From positions 6,011 to 70,010 of the forward strand of contig JBAZIZ010000001.1 in assembly GCA_041651535.1 (NCBI GenBank): a stretch of 64,000 bases of DNA, given 5' to 3'. The position numbers and the translations under genes are program-made. The DNA comes from Patescibacteria group bacterium (GTDB lineage: Bacteria > Patescibacteriota > Patescibacteriia > Magasanikbacterales > UBA922). Shown here in pieces: positions 47,882 to 57,834 of the stretch (position 1 is the stretch's first letter; each line of letters starts with the position of its first letter). The notes under the pieces are model-generated. The model worked only from the letters and a program-made list of their open reading frames with translations. It had not been told where the DNA came from and ran no database searches.

Positions 47882-49528
47882 ATGGTTAAACAAAAAAAAC
47901 GAAAATTTATCTTTGTTGTTGGAGGAGTGATGAGCGGAGTTGGCAAAGGAATAACTTCTGCTTCATTAGGTTTAATTTTAAAATCAAAAGGCTATAAAGT
48001 TACAGCTTTAAAAATAGATCCTTATGTAAATGTAGATGCTGGTACGATGAATCCAATTGAACATGGAGAAGTTTTTGTTACTAACGATGGAGATGAAACA
48101 GATCAAGATATGGGAAATTATGAAAGATTTTTAGATATTGATCTAAGTTCGGAAAATTACATGACAACTGGCAGAATTTATTTAAAAGTTATCGAAAATG
48201 AAAGAGCTATGAAATATAAAGGTAAATGTGTTCAAGTTGTGCCTCATATCCCTTTTGAAGTTATAAAAAGAATTAGAAATGCAGCTGAAAAACACGATGC
48301 AGATGTAACAATTATTGAAATTGGAGGTACTGTTGGTGAATATGAAAATATTTTATTTTTAGAAGCAGCCAGAATGATGAAATTAAAAGAACCAAAAAGT
48401 GTAGCTGTTGTTTTAGTTAGTTTTATGCCAGTACCACATCATATTGGAGAAATGAAGACAAAACCAACTCAACATGCAGCTAGATCTCTTTCTAGTGCTG
48501 GTTTAAATGCTGATATGATATTTGCTCGTGGTCCAGAACCTTTGGATAAACCAAGAAGAGAAAAATTAGCTATTTTTTGTGGTATTGACGCAAAAAATTG
48601 TATTTCAGCTCCAGATGTAGATTCTATTTATGAAATTCCTGATAATTTTGAAAAAGAAAATGTTGGTAATAAAGTTTTAAAAATTTTAGGTTTAAAAGCA
48701 AAAAAAACTGATTTATCTGATTGGGATAAAAAAGTTGTAGAAAAATTAAAAAATGGTAAAAAACAAATTAAAATAGCTGTAATTGGAAAATATTTTGGAA
48801 CTGGAAATTTTACTTTAGCTGATTCTTATATTTCTGTTATCGAAGCAATAAAACATGCAGCTTGGGCAAATGATTCCAAAGCAATTTTAGAATGGATAGA
48901 CTCAGAAAGATATGAAAAAAACAAAAAAAATGTGGAAGAATTAAAAAATTATAATGGAATTATCGTTCCTGGTGGTTTTGGAACAAGAGGAGTAGAAGGA
49001 ATTATGCAAGCTATAAAATTTGCTAGAGAAAATAAAATTCCATTTTTAGGTTTATGTTATGGTATGCAATTAGCTTCAATTGAATTTGTTCGCAATGTTA
49101 TTGGAAAAAAAGAAGCAAATAGTGTAGAAATTAATTCTGAAACTTCAGATCCAGTAATTCATATAAATAAAAATCAAGCAGAAAATATAAAAGAAGATCT
49201 TTATGGCGGAACTATGCGTCTAGGAGCTTATAATTGTCAAATAAAAAAATCTACCAAAACTTTTGATGCTTATCAAAGTGAAATGATTTCTGAAAGACAT
49301 CGCCATCGTTATGAATTTAATAATGAATATAGAAAAGAAATAGAAGATGCTGGATTACAAATAACAGGTATTAATCCAGAAAGTGATTTGGTGGAAATTA
49401 TAGAATTACAAAACCATCCATTTTTTATTGGTGTTCAATTTCATCCTGAATTTAAATCTCGTCCAATGAGACCACATCCTTTATTTAATCATTTTATTAA
49501 AGCTACTTTAGGTAATTTAAAAAAATAA
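47882..49528 (+). CDS. pyrG: CTP synthase
   Basis: N-terminal synthetase P-loop VVGGVMSGVGKG; C-terminal glutamine amidotransferase (GLCYGMQ…HPEF). Confidence 0.95.
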   Translation: MVKQKKRKFIFVVGGVMSGVGKGITSASLGLILKSKGYKVTALKIDPYVNVDAGTMNPIEHGEVFVTNDGDETDQDMGNYERFLDIDLSSENYMTTGRIYLKVIENERAMKYKGKCVQVVPHIPFEVIKRIRNAAEKHDADVTIIEIGGTVGEYENILFLEAARMMKLKEPKSVAVVLVSFMPVPHHIGEMKTKPTQHAARSLSSAGLNADMIFARGPEPLDKPRREKLAIFCGIDAKNCISAPDVDSIYEIPDNFEKENVGNKVLKILGLKAKKTDLSDWDKKVVEKLKNGKKQIKIAVIGKYFGTGNFTLADSYISVIEAIKHAAWANDSKAILEWIDSERYEKNKKNVEELKNYNGIIVPGGFGTRGVEGIMQAIKFARENKIPFLGLCYGMQLASIEFVRNVIGKKEANSVEINSETSDPVIHINKNQAENIKEDLYGGTMRLGAYNCQIKKSTKTFDAYQSEMISERHRHRYEFNNEYRKEIEDAGLQITGINPESDLVEIIELQNHPFFIGVQFHPEFKSRPMRPHPLFNHFIKATLGNLKK

Positions 49529-49539
49529 TAATTTTTGAT

Positions 49540-50619
49540 ATGAAAATATTGTTTTCCGGTGGTGGAACATTAGGACCAGTGACACCACTTTTAGCAATAA
49601 AAGAAGTGATAGAAAATAATCCTGATTTTTTAAATACAGAATTTGTTTGGTTAGGAACAAAAACTGGACCAGAAAAATATTTTTTAAAAAGTTATAATTT
49701 AAAATTTAAAGAAATAATTTCTGGAAAATTTAGAAGATATTTTTCTTTTGCAAACATAATTGATATTTTTAAAATTTTCACTGCTTTTTTTCAAGCTTTT
49801 TTTATTTTGCTAAAAGAAAAACCAGATGTTTGTATTTCAGCTGGAGGATTTGTTTCTGTTCCAGTACATATTGCAGCTTGGTTTTTGGGTATTCCAACAT
49901 GGATTCATCAACAAGATTATAAAGTTGGTTTAGCAAATAATATTATGAAAGTATTTGCTTCAATAATCACAACTTCACTTGAAGAACATTTAATGTTTTT
50001 TTCAAAACAAAAAACATTTTGGTTAGGAAATCCAGTTAGAGAAGAAATTTTTCTTGGCAATAAAGAAGAAGCAAAAAAAATATTTAATTTAAAAACAAAT
50101 TTACCAATTATTTTTGTGACTGGTGGGGGAACAGGATCTCTTAGAATAAATCAAATGATTATAGAAGCTTTACCTCATTTGCAAAATCAAGTCCAAATAA
50201 TTCATTTATCTGGAGAAAACAGAGAAAAAAATAATTTAAAAGAAGCAGAGAAATTATTTAATTTTTATCACACTTATTCTTTTTTTTCTTTTGAAATGAA
50301 ACATGCTTTTGCTGCTGCCGACCTTATAATTTCTCGCGGTGGTTTTGGTACCTTAACTGAAATTTCAGCTTTAAAAAAAACAGCAATAATCATTCCAAAA
50401 ACAGGACATCAATTAGATAATGTAAAATTTTTAGCAAAAGAAAAAGCAGTAGTTTTTTTAGACGAACGATTTTCTGATGGATTAATTTTGGCTGGTAAAA
50501 TAAAAGAATTGCTTCAAAACGAATCAGAAAGAATAGAAATGTCTAAAAAATTAAATAAAAAATTACCAGTAGCAAAAAAAGAGAAGATAATAGAAATTTT
50601 TAAAAAAATATTAAAATAA
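49540..50619 (+). CDS. murG: Undecaprenyldiphospho-muramoylpentapeptide beta-N-acetylglucosaminyltransferase
   Basis: MKILFSGGGTLGPVTPLLAI, GT28 architecture. Confidence 0.85.
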   Translation: MKILFSGGGTLGPVTPLLAIKEVIENNPDFLNTEFVWLGTKTGPEKYFLKSYNLKFKEIISGKFRRYFSFANIIDIFKIFTAFFQAFFILLKEKPDVCISAGGFVSVPVHIAAWFLGIPTWIHQQDYKVGLANNIMKVFASIITTSLEEHLMFFSKQKTFWLGNPVREEIFLGNKEEAKKIFNLKTNLPIIFVTGGGTGSLRINQMIIEALPHLQNQVQIIHLSGENREKNNLKEAEKLFNFYHTYSFFSFEMKHAFAAADLIISRGGFGTLTEISALKKTAIIIPKTGHQLDNVKFLAKEKAVVFLDERFSDGLILAGKIKELLQNESERIEMSKKLNKKLPVAKKEKIIEIFKKILK

Positions 50620-50621
50620 AG

Positions 50622-50650
50622 TTTATATTTGTTAAAAATTGTGTTATAAT
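50622..50650 (+). promoter_or_regulatory. Promoter with extended -10 (TGtTATAAT)
   Basis: TTTATA-N17-TATAAT with upstream TG; lies inside the ORF-track N-terminal extension (TTG at 50639), which argues for an ATG start at 50678. Confidence 0.5.
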
Positions 50651-50677
50651 AAAATTGCTTGTTTTAAAAACGCATCT

Positions 50678-52408
50678 ATGCCTACACATTTTTTGAACAA
50701 AAAAGTAGATTCAGAACTTGAAAAAAAAGAGGAGATTTGTGTTTTTGCACAAACTAATTTTAGAAATAAAAATAGAAAATTTGGTATAAAAACCGATGAT
50801 CGTCGTCGTCATATGTATGTGATTGGAAAAACTGGTATGGGAAAGACAACGATTATGGAAAATATGGTTTTAAATGATATTTACAATGGTCATGGAATTG
50901 GAATTGTAGATCCTCATGGTGATTTTGCTGAAAAAATAATTGATTATATACCACCACACCGTATCAATGATGTAGTTTATTTTAACCCTGGAGATATTGA
51001 TTTTCCTATTGGATTTAATGTTTTTGAAACAAAAACTGAGGAACAACGACATTTAGTTGCTTCTGGACTCATGGGAATTTTTAAAAAAATTTGGCCTGAT
51101 GTTTGGTCAAGCAGAATGGAATATATTTTAAATAATACTATTTTAGCTTTACTTGAAACACAAGGTTCTACTTTATTAGGAATAAACAGACTTTTAGCTG
51201 ACAAAGAATATAGAAAAAATGTTATTAAACAATTAAAAGATCCAGTTGTAAAAGCTTTTTGGCGTGATGAATTTGCTAGTTATAATGATCGCTATGCACA
51301 AGAAGCAATCGCTCCTATCCAAAATAAAATTGGGCAATTTTTGTCTGCTTCTGTTATAAGAAATATGGTTGCGCAAGTAAAATCAACTATCAATGTACGT
51401 GAAATAATGGACACAAAAAAGATTTTTATAATGAATCTTTCTAAAGGACGGATTGGGGAAGATAATTCTCGTTTACTTGGCGGTATGCTTATTACCAAAT
51501 TACAATTAGCCGCCATGGAAAGAGTTGATATCCCAGAAAATGAACGACAAGATTTTTTTCTTTATGTTGATGAATTTCAAAATTTTGCAACACCATCTTT
51601 TGCAAATATTTTATCTGAAGCTCGTAAATATCGTTTAAGTTTGATCATGGCTCATCAATATATTGCTCAATTAGACGAAATCGTAGCTAACGCAGTGTTT
51701 GGAAACGTGGGTACAATAGTTACTTTTAGAGTTGGTGGAGCAGATGCAGAATCTTTAGTTAGAGAATTTACTCCTGTTTTTACTGAAGAAGATATAGTAA
51801 ATTTAACAAAATATAAAATTATTTTAAAATTAATGATCGATGGTGTCGCTTCACAGCCTTTTAGCGCTGAAACTTTACCACCAATAGGTTTTCCAACAGC
51901 TTCTCGAGAAAAAGTTATCAGAGTTTCTAGAGAAAGATATGCAAAAAGCAGAGCTTTAATTGAAGAAAAAATATTACGTTGGAGTGGTATGGACACCAAT
52001 CCAACAAATGATGAAGATGATGAAATGATGCCAAAAATCAATTCTTCTATAAATAAAAATTTTGAGAAAAAAGTAGAATTACCTGTAAAAAAAATAAATA
52101 AAGATTTTTCTAATCAAAAAAATAAACAAGATAGAGAACAAAAAAATTTTTCCCAATCAGTAAATAATTCTTTTACAAACAAAAAAAATAATGAATTTAA
52201 AAATAAAAATCAGAAAAATCAAAAAAAAGAAACACTTTCTTTAAAAGAATTATTAAACACTGAAACAAAAAATCTAGTTAATTTTTCTGGCAAAAATATC
52301 AATCCAAATTTACAAAAATCATCTGAACCAAAAAAAATTGAAGCCGATAAACCAGTTAATTTTTCTAATAATAATGAAGATTATCCATCCTATTATGAAG
52401 ATAAATAA
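50678..52408 (+). CDS. TraD/VirD4/HerA-like P-loop coupling ATPase (type IV secretion/conjugation-like) with a disordered Lys/Asn-rich C-terminal tail
   Basis: Walker A GKTGMGKTT; Walker B LYVDEFQNF; about 150-aa low-complexity C-terminus. Confidence 0.65.
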   Translation: MPTHFLNKKVDSELEKKEEICVFAQTNFRNKNRKFGIKTDDRRRHMYVIGKTGMGKTTIMENMVLNDIYNGHGIGIVDPHGDFAEKIIDYIPPHRINDVVYFNPGDIDFPIGFNVFETKTEEQRHLVASGLMGIFKKIWPDVWSSRMEYILNNTILALLETQGSTLLGINRLLADKEYRKNVIKQLKDPVVKAFWRDEFASYNDRYAQEAIAPIQNKIGQFLSASVIRNMVAQVKSTINVREIMDTKKIFIMNLSKGRIGEDNSRLLGGMLITKLQLAAMERVDIPENERQDFFLYVDEFQNFATPSFANILSEARKYRLSLIMAHQYIAQLDEIVANAVFGNVGTIVTFRVGGADAESLVREFTPVFTEEDIVNLTKYKIILKLMIDGVASQPFSAETLPPIGFPTASREKVIRVSRERYAKSRALIEEKILRWSGMDTNPTNDEDDEMMPKINSSINKNFEKKVELPVKKINKDFSNQKNKQDREQKNFSQSVNNSFTNKKNNEFKNKNQKNQKKETLSLKELLNTETKNLVNFSGKNINPNLQKSSEPKKIEADKPVNFSNNNEDYPSYYEDK

Positions 52409-52883
52409 AAATAAAATCTTTTTATTTGCTTTTTCTTTATTAATTTCGTTTTTACCTGGAATTATTGGTTCTCTTTTTACTGTAAAAGCAATAGAAAATT
52501 GGTATGTATATTTAAATAAACCTATTTTTAATCCACCAAATTGGATTTTTTCGCCAGTCTGGATTTTACTTTATATTTTGATTGGTATTTCTTTTTATTT
52601 AATTTTAGTTAAAAAACCAAAAATTGATCAACAAAATTTTAATGTTATTATTTTTCTTTTTACTTGCCATTTAGTCTTAAATGCTTCTTGGTCTATTTTC
52701 TTTTTTAATTTTCATGATATTTTGACTGCTTATATAAATATTTTATGTTTAGATTTAGTAATTTTTTTATGTATTATAAAATTTTATAAAGTTAGTAAAA
52801 TTGCTGGTTTATTATTTGTTCCTTATTTAATTTGGATTTTATTTGCGACGTACTTAAATTTATCAATTTTTTTATTAAATTAA
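52395..52883 (+). CDS. tspO: TspO/MBR tryptophan-rich sensory protein
   Basis: LFVPYLIWILFATYLNLSIFLLN closely parallels the TspO C-terminus (…LFVPYLIWATAATGLNF…); 5 TM helices; Trp-rich. Confidence 0.75.
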   Translation: MKINKNKIFLFAFSLLISFLPGIIGSLFTVKAIENWYVYLNKPIFNPPNWIFSPVWILLYILIGISFYLILVKKPKIDQQNFNVIIFLFTCHLVLNASWSIFFFNFHDILTAYINILCLDLVIFLCIIKFYKVSKIAGLLFVPYLIWILFATYLNLSIFLLN

Positions 52884-52900
52884 TTAATGTTAAATAAAAT

Positions 52901-53290
52901 ATGAATTTTAAAAAAATAATTATTTTCTCTTTAACTTTGTGGTTATCTATAACAGTTATTTTTTATTTGTTATCTTTTTTACCTTTTTTAAATAAAGACA
53001 TTTATTTTTTTACTAGTGTTTGGATATTGATTTTAATAAAAATGTTTTTTCTTTGCAAATGGTATTTTAGAAATGAAGAAGCTAGTACAAAAAATGGTAT
53101 TATTTTAGGTTTGTCTTCTAGTGTAATAATATTTGTCTTAGGTTATTATATTAGTTTGCCAGTTTTACAAAAAATAACAGAAATTTCTTTTTATCAAAAT
53201 AAATTTTATTTATTAGTTATAATATTAGAAATATTTTTATTTTGTTTTTACGCTGGATTTGAATTTGATCGAACTTTTACTAAAAAATAA
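52901..53290 (+). CDS. Hypothetical membrane protein
   Basis: 129 aa, 4 TM helices. Confidence 0.4.
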   Translation: MNFKKIIIFSLTLWLSITVIFYLLSFLPFLNKDIYFFTSVWILILIKMFFLCKWYFRNEEASTKNGIILGLSSSVIIFVLGYYISLPVLQKITEISFYQNKFYLLVIILEIFLFCFYAGFEFDRTFTKK

Positions 53291-53357
53291 TTTAATTGAA
53301 AAAACAAGCTAGTAGGCTTGTTTTTTGTTTGTTTTTTAGTATAATAAAGAAAAAAAT

Positions 53358-54422
53358 ATGAAAATAAACAAAAAAGTATTAATTGCTATGTCTGGAGGAG
53401 TGGATTCTTCTGTAGTTGCTGCAATATTAAAAAATAAATATTCTAAAGTAGTTGGCGCATTTATGATAAATTATGACACTGCAGAAAATGGTGAACAAGG
53501 CACTTGTTATATAAATGATTATCGTGACGCAGTTAGAGTAGCGGCAAAACTTAATATTGAATTATTAAAGTTAGATTTTAAAAAAGAATATAAGAAAAAT
53601 GTTTTAGATTACATGTATGAAGAGTATAAAAAAGGTAAAACTCCAAATCCAGATGTTATGTGTAATAAATATATTAAATTTGGTTTTTGGTTAGAAAAAG
53701 CAAAAGAATTAGGTTTTGATTATTTAGCCACTGGGCATTACGCAAAAATAGACAAAAATAAACAGGAATTTTTTTTAGAAAAAGCAAAAGACGAAAATAA
53801 AGACCAAACATATTTTTTACATCAATTAAACCAAGATCAACTAAAATATACCTTGTTTCCGATTGGAAAATATACAAAAAAACAAGTTAGAAAATTAGCA
53901 AAAAAATTTGATTTACCAACAGCAGAAAAAGAAGAAAGCATGGGAATTTGTTTTGTGGGTGAAGTAGATATGAAAAAATTTTTAACTGATAAAATAAAAA
54001 ATAAAAAAGGAAGTATAATTTTGGAAAATGGTGAAAAAATAGGGGAACATGATGGATTATCTTTTTATACTATTGGACAAAGACATGGTTTTGAACAAAT
54101 TGGAGGAACCAAAGCACTTTTTGTTTTAAAAAAAGATTTTGAAAATAATTTATTGATTGTTGGTGAAGAAAATTCAGAATTACTTTATAAAAAAGAAATT
54201 GAATTAGAAAATATACATTTTATTTCAGAAAAAGAAATTAAATTTCCTTTGAAATGTGATGTTAGATTACGTCATCGCCAAAAATTACAAAAAGCTGTTT
54301 TAAATAAGGAAAATAATTGTTTTATTTTAAAATTTAATAAAAAACAAAAAGCTATTACTCCTGGACAATTTGCTGTATTTTATAAAGGAAATTATTGTCT
54401 TGGTGGTGGAGCTATAAAATAA
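53358..54422 (+). CDS. mnmA: tRNA-specific 2-thiouridylase
   Basis: VLIAMSGGVDSSVVAAIL PP-loop; catalytic Cys regions. Confidence 0.9.
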   Translation: MKINKKVLIAMSGGVDSSVVAAILKNKYSKVVGAFMINYDTAENGEQGTCYINDYRDAVRVAAKLNIELLKLDFKKEYKKNVLDYMYEEYKKGKTPNPDVMCNKYIKFGFWLEKAKELGFDYLATGHYAKIDKNKQEFFLEKAKDENKDQTYFLHQLNQDQLKYTLFPIGKYTKKQVRKLAKKFDLPTAEKEESMGICFVGEVDMKKFLTDKIKNKKGSIILENGEKIGEHDGLSFYTIGQRHGFEQIGGTKALFVLKKDFENNLLIVGEENSELLYKKEIELENIHFISEKEIKFPLKCDVRLRHRQKLQKAVLNKENNCFILKFNKKQKAITPGQFAVFYKGNYCLGGGAIK

Positions 54423-54435
54423 TATATAAATTTAA

Positions 54436-54477
54436 AAAGCGCGTAGTGTTTCTTTACACAAAACGCGCTTTTATTTT
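54436..54477. terminator. Bidirectional intrinsic terminator
   Basis: aaaaagcgcgtagtgtttctttacacaaaacgcgcttttatttt: 9-10-bp GC stem flanked by A-run and T-run; overlaps the stop of the minus gene. Confidence 0.75.
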
Positions 54478-54803
54478 GAATCTTCGTCAATTTCAAAATT
54501 GAAATTGATTTCAGATTCTTCCCCCTCATTCTGCTGTTTTTCTTTTTCTAAAAGAAGTTTTTCCCTTTCTAGCTTCTTTATAAAGAAATCTAAAGAAGCT
54601 AGCTTTTTATTTTCTGTTGTTTTTTCGGAAAGCTGGTAATGAACCCAACCATCTTCTTTGTCAACATAAAAATAAAAAGTTATGCCGTTTTTCATCGTAT
54701 AAGATGTTGGCATGTGAAAAGTATCATTAAGATACTTTTCTTTTAAAAAAAATCTAAAATCTTCATCGGCAAAAATAATTGCCGATATTCTTAAATCGGT
54801 CAT
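54471..54803 (-). CDS. Hypothetical protein (110 aa, acidic C-terminus)
   Basis: ORF with a terminator right after the stop; no motif recognised. Confidence 0.4.
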   Translation of the reverse strand: MTDLRISAIIFADEDFRFFLKEKYLNDTFHMPTSYTMKNGITFYFYVDKEDGWVHYQLSEKTTENKKLASLDFFIKKLEREKLLLEKEKQQNEGEESEINFNFEIDEDSK

Positions 54804-54861
54804 TTTTTGCCCCCATTTTTAAAATTTAAAGAACTTTTTCATTTAATTAAACCATAATAAC

Positions 54862-54890
54862 TTGATATTGTCAAACTTTTAGTGTATTAT
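54862..54890 (+). promoter_or_regulatory. Sigma70-like promoter upstream of alaS
   Basis: TTGATA-N17-TATTAT. Confidence 0.4.
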
Positions 54891-54948
54891 ATAAATATGA
54901 ATTTTAACTCTTAAATTACGATTTTTTTGTTTAATTAGTAATAAAAAT

Positions 54949-56802
54949 ATGATCATAAATTCTTTTGAATTAAGAAAAAAATATTTAGAATTTTTTAAAA
55001 GCAAAAATCATGCAATTATAAGTTCAGCTTCGCTTATACCAGAAAATGATCCAACTGTTTTATTTACTACAGCTGGAATGCATCCTCTTGTACCTTATTT
55101 GCTTGGTGAAGAACATCCAGCTGGAAAAAGGCTTACAGACGTCCAAAAATGCGTTAGAACAGGGGATATTGATGAAGTTGGTGACTTTAGTCATCTAACT
55201 TTTTTTGAAATGTTAGGCAATTGGAGTTTAGGCGATTATTTTAAAGAAGATTCAATAAAATGGAGTTTTGAATTTTTGACTGATAAAAAATGGTTAGGAT
55301 TAGATATTCGTAAATTAGCTGTAACTGTTTTTGAAGGGGATAAAGATGCCCCAAAAGATGAATTTTCAGCTGAAATTTGGAAAAAAACAGGAATATCAGA
55401 AAATCGAATAGCCTATTTACCAAAAAAAAATAATTGGTGGGGTCCAGCGGGACAAACAGGTCCTTGTGGTCCAGATACAGAAATTTTTTATTGGCGTGGA
55501 AAAAGTGAATTTCCTTCGGAAAATAGTAATCCTAGAAATGATGAAGAAAATTGGTTAGAAATTTGGAATAATGTTTTCATGGAATATTTCAAAGATGAAG
55601 AAGGAAAATATAATGTTTTAAAACAAAAAAACGTAGATACAGGCATGGGATTAGAAAGAACTGTTTTAATTTTAAATGGTTTAAAAGATATTTATGAAAT
55701 TGACACTTTAAAACCAATTATCAAAAAAATTGAAAATATTAGTCAAAAAAAATATAGAGAAAATGAAGTTTTTGATAAATCAATGCGTATTATTGCTGAT
55801 CATTTACGCACAGCAACTATGATTATGACTGATAATCGTGGTATAGCTCCTGGTAATGTTGATCAATCTTATATTGTTCGTCGTTTGATTCGTCGTGCTG
55901 TTAGACATGGAAAAATTATCGGAATTGAACATAATTTTTGTCGAGAAGTTGCTGCTGAAGTTATAAATATTTTTTCTGATATTTATGAAGAAGTAAATAA
56001 AAATAAAGATTTTGCTTTAAATGAATTAGAAAAAGAAGAAGAAAAATTTAATAAGACCTTAGAACAAGGAATAAAAGAGTTTGATAAAATCTTAAATGGA
56101 TTGAAAATTGCTTTTGAAAAAACCGGTAATAAAATTAATGAAATTTCTGGCAAACAAGCTTTTAAATTATATGACACTTTTGGATTTCCTTTAGAAATGA
56201 CTGAGGAATTAGCCAAAGAACATAATTTAACAGTAGATAACCTTGGTTTTAAAGACGCTTTTGAAAAACACCAAGAATTATCTCGTGAAGGTGCTGAACA
56301 AAAATTTAAAGGTGGCTTAGCAGATCAAAGTGAAATGAGTACAAAATATCATACAGCAACTCATTTATTACATGCTGCACTTAAAAAAATACTAGGTGAA
56401 CATGTAGCTCAACGTGGTAGTAATATCAATACTGAAAGAATGCGTTTTGATTTTTCACATCCAGAAAAAATGACTGATGAGCAAAAACAATTAGTTGAAG
56501 AATTAGTAAATTATGCAATTGAAAAAAAATATCCGATTTCTTTTGTAGAAATGTCAGTTGAAGAAGCAAAAAAAATAGGAGCAATTGGACTTTTTGAAAA
56601 TAAATATGGAGAAAAAGTAAAAGTTTATAGTGTTGGTGATCCAAATAAAATTCCAAATGCTGAAAAAAATTCACCAACTTTTAGTAAAGAAATTTGTGGC
56701 GGTCCTCATGTAGAAAATACCAGCAGTTTAGGAAAATTTAAAATAATTAAAGAAGAAGCAGTGAGTTCTGGAGTAAGAAGAATAAAAGCTATACTTGAAT
56801 AA
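54949..56802 (+). CDS. alaS: Alanyl-tRNA synthetase, short form (catalytic, tRNA-recognition and editing domains; no C-Ala domain)
   Basis: …DPTVLFTTAGMHPLVPYLLG…; editing HTATHLLHAAL and CGGPHV motifs; only 617 aa. Confidence 0.8.
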   Translation: MIINSFELRKKYLEFFKSKNHAIISSASLIPENDPTVLFTTAGMHPLVPYLLGEEHPAGKRLTDVQKCVRTGDIDEVGDFSHLTFFEMLGNWSLGDYFKEDSIKWSFEFLTDKKWLGLDIRKLAVTVFEGDKDAPKDEFSAEIWKKTGISENRIAYLPKKNNWWGPAGQTGPCGPDTEIFYWRGKSEFPSENSNPRNDEENWLEIWNNVFMEYFKDEEGKYNVLKQKNVDTGMGLERTVLILNGLKDIYEIDTLKPIIKKIENISQKKYRENEVFDKSMRIIADHLRTATMIMTDNRGIAPGNVDQSYIVRRLIRRAVRHGKIIGIEHNFCREVAAEVINIFSDIYEEVNKNKDFALNELEKEEEKFNKTLEQGIKEFDKILNGLKIAFEKTGNKINEISGKQAFKLYDTFGFPLEMTEELAKEHNLTVDNLGFKDAFEKHQELSREGAEQKFKGGLADQSEMSTKYHTATHLLHAALKKILGEHVAQRGSNINTERMRFDFSHPEKMTDEQKQLVEELVNYAIEKKYPISFVEMSVEEAKKIGAIGLFENKYGEKVKVYSVGDPNKIPNAEKNSPTFSKEICGGPHVENTSSLGKFKIIKEEAVSSGVRRIKAILE

Positions 56803-56804
56803 AT

Positions 56805-57821
56805 ATGATTGAAATTAGACAAATAAAAAACAAAGAAGAGTGGGAAAAATTTTTATCTAAACAAAAATTTTGTCCCATGACTCAATCTACAAAATATGGT
56901 GTTTTTTACGAACAGATGAATGAGGAATCTTTTATTTTAGGTCTATACGAAAATGAAAATCTTGTCTTTGGTTCTTTGATTTTATCTATTCATGCTCGTC
57001 GAGGAAATTTTCTTTTTTTACCTTATGGACCGATAGGCGAACAAAAAAAAGAATATATAGAACTATTTTTTACTGAATTAAAAAAAATTGCTGAACAAAA
57101 AAAGTATTCATTTTTGCGTATCAGTCCTTTTATTGAAAATACTAAAGAAAATAGGGAAGTATATGAAAATTTTGGTTTTAAACTGGCTCCAATTCATATT
57201 TTAGCTGAAACAACTTGGTTATTAGACTTAGAAAATTCAGAAGAAGATACTCTAAAACAAATGAATAAAAATCATCGAAATTTAATAAAAAGATGTGAAA
57301 AAGAAGGTGTAAAAATAGAAATAACAAATAACATTGAAGAATTAAAAGATTTTAATAATTTACATGATTTTACAGCAAAAAAACATAATTTTACACGGTT
57401 TTCAAATGATTATATAAAAAAGGAATTCCAAAATTTTTTACCGAATGAAGTTTTGCTTTTTAAAGCTTTTTTGCCAGATGGAAAACTAGATGCAGCAGCT
57501 GTTATTTATTTTTATAAAAATATGGCAGCTTATCGTCATGGGGCTTCATTAAATTTGAATAATAAAATTCCAAGTTCTTATTTATTACAATGGACAGCTA
57601 TAAAAGAAGCAAAAAAAAGAGGAATAAAATATTACAATTTTTGGGGTATTGCTCCAGATAATGCTAAAGATAACCATCCTTTTAAAGGTATAACTCATTT
57701 CAAAAAAGGATTTGGTGGATTCAAATTGGATCTTTTACCTTGTCATGATTTAATGATTTCAAAAAAATATTTTATTAATTTAATTATAGAAAAAATCAGA
57801 GCTAAAAAGAGGGGATTTTAA
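56805..57821 (+). CDS. FemAB/FemX-family tRNA-dependent peptidoglycan aminoacyltransferase
   Basis: 338 aa, GNAT-like FemAB architecture (…LFLPYGP…, …YRHGASL…, …YNFWGI…). Confidence 0.7.
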   Translation: MIEIRQIKNKEEWEKFLSKQKFCPMTQSTKYGVFYEQMNEESFILGLYENENLVFGSLILSIHARRGNFLFLPYGPIGEQKKEYIELFFTELKKIAEQKKYSFLRISPFIENTKENREVYENFGFKLAPIHILAETTWLLDLENSEEDTLKQMNKNHRNLIKRCEKEGVKIEITNNIEELKDFNNLHDFTAKKHNFTRFSNDYIKKEFQNFLPNEVLLFKAFLPDGKLDAAAVIYFYKNMAAYRHGASLNLNNKIPSSYLLQWTAIKEAKKRGIKYYNFWGIAPDNAKDNHPFKGITHFKKGFGGFKLDLLPCHDLMISKKYFINLIIEKIRAKKRGF

Positions 57822-57834
57822 TACTTAGAATGCT

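Noticed and set aside
51667-52041. Minus-strand ORFs (51667-52041, 51292-51516, 50977-51204) inside the TraD-like ATPase gene
   Set aside because: Antisense shadow ORFs of a strongly motif-supported + strand gene. The same reasoning applies to the other short antisense ORFs in the track (e.g. 3764-4156, 12850-13269, 14496-14750, 55983-56216).
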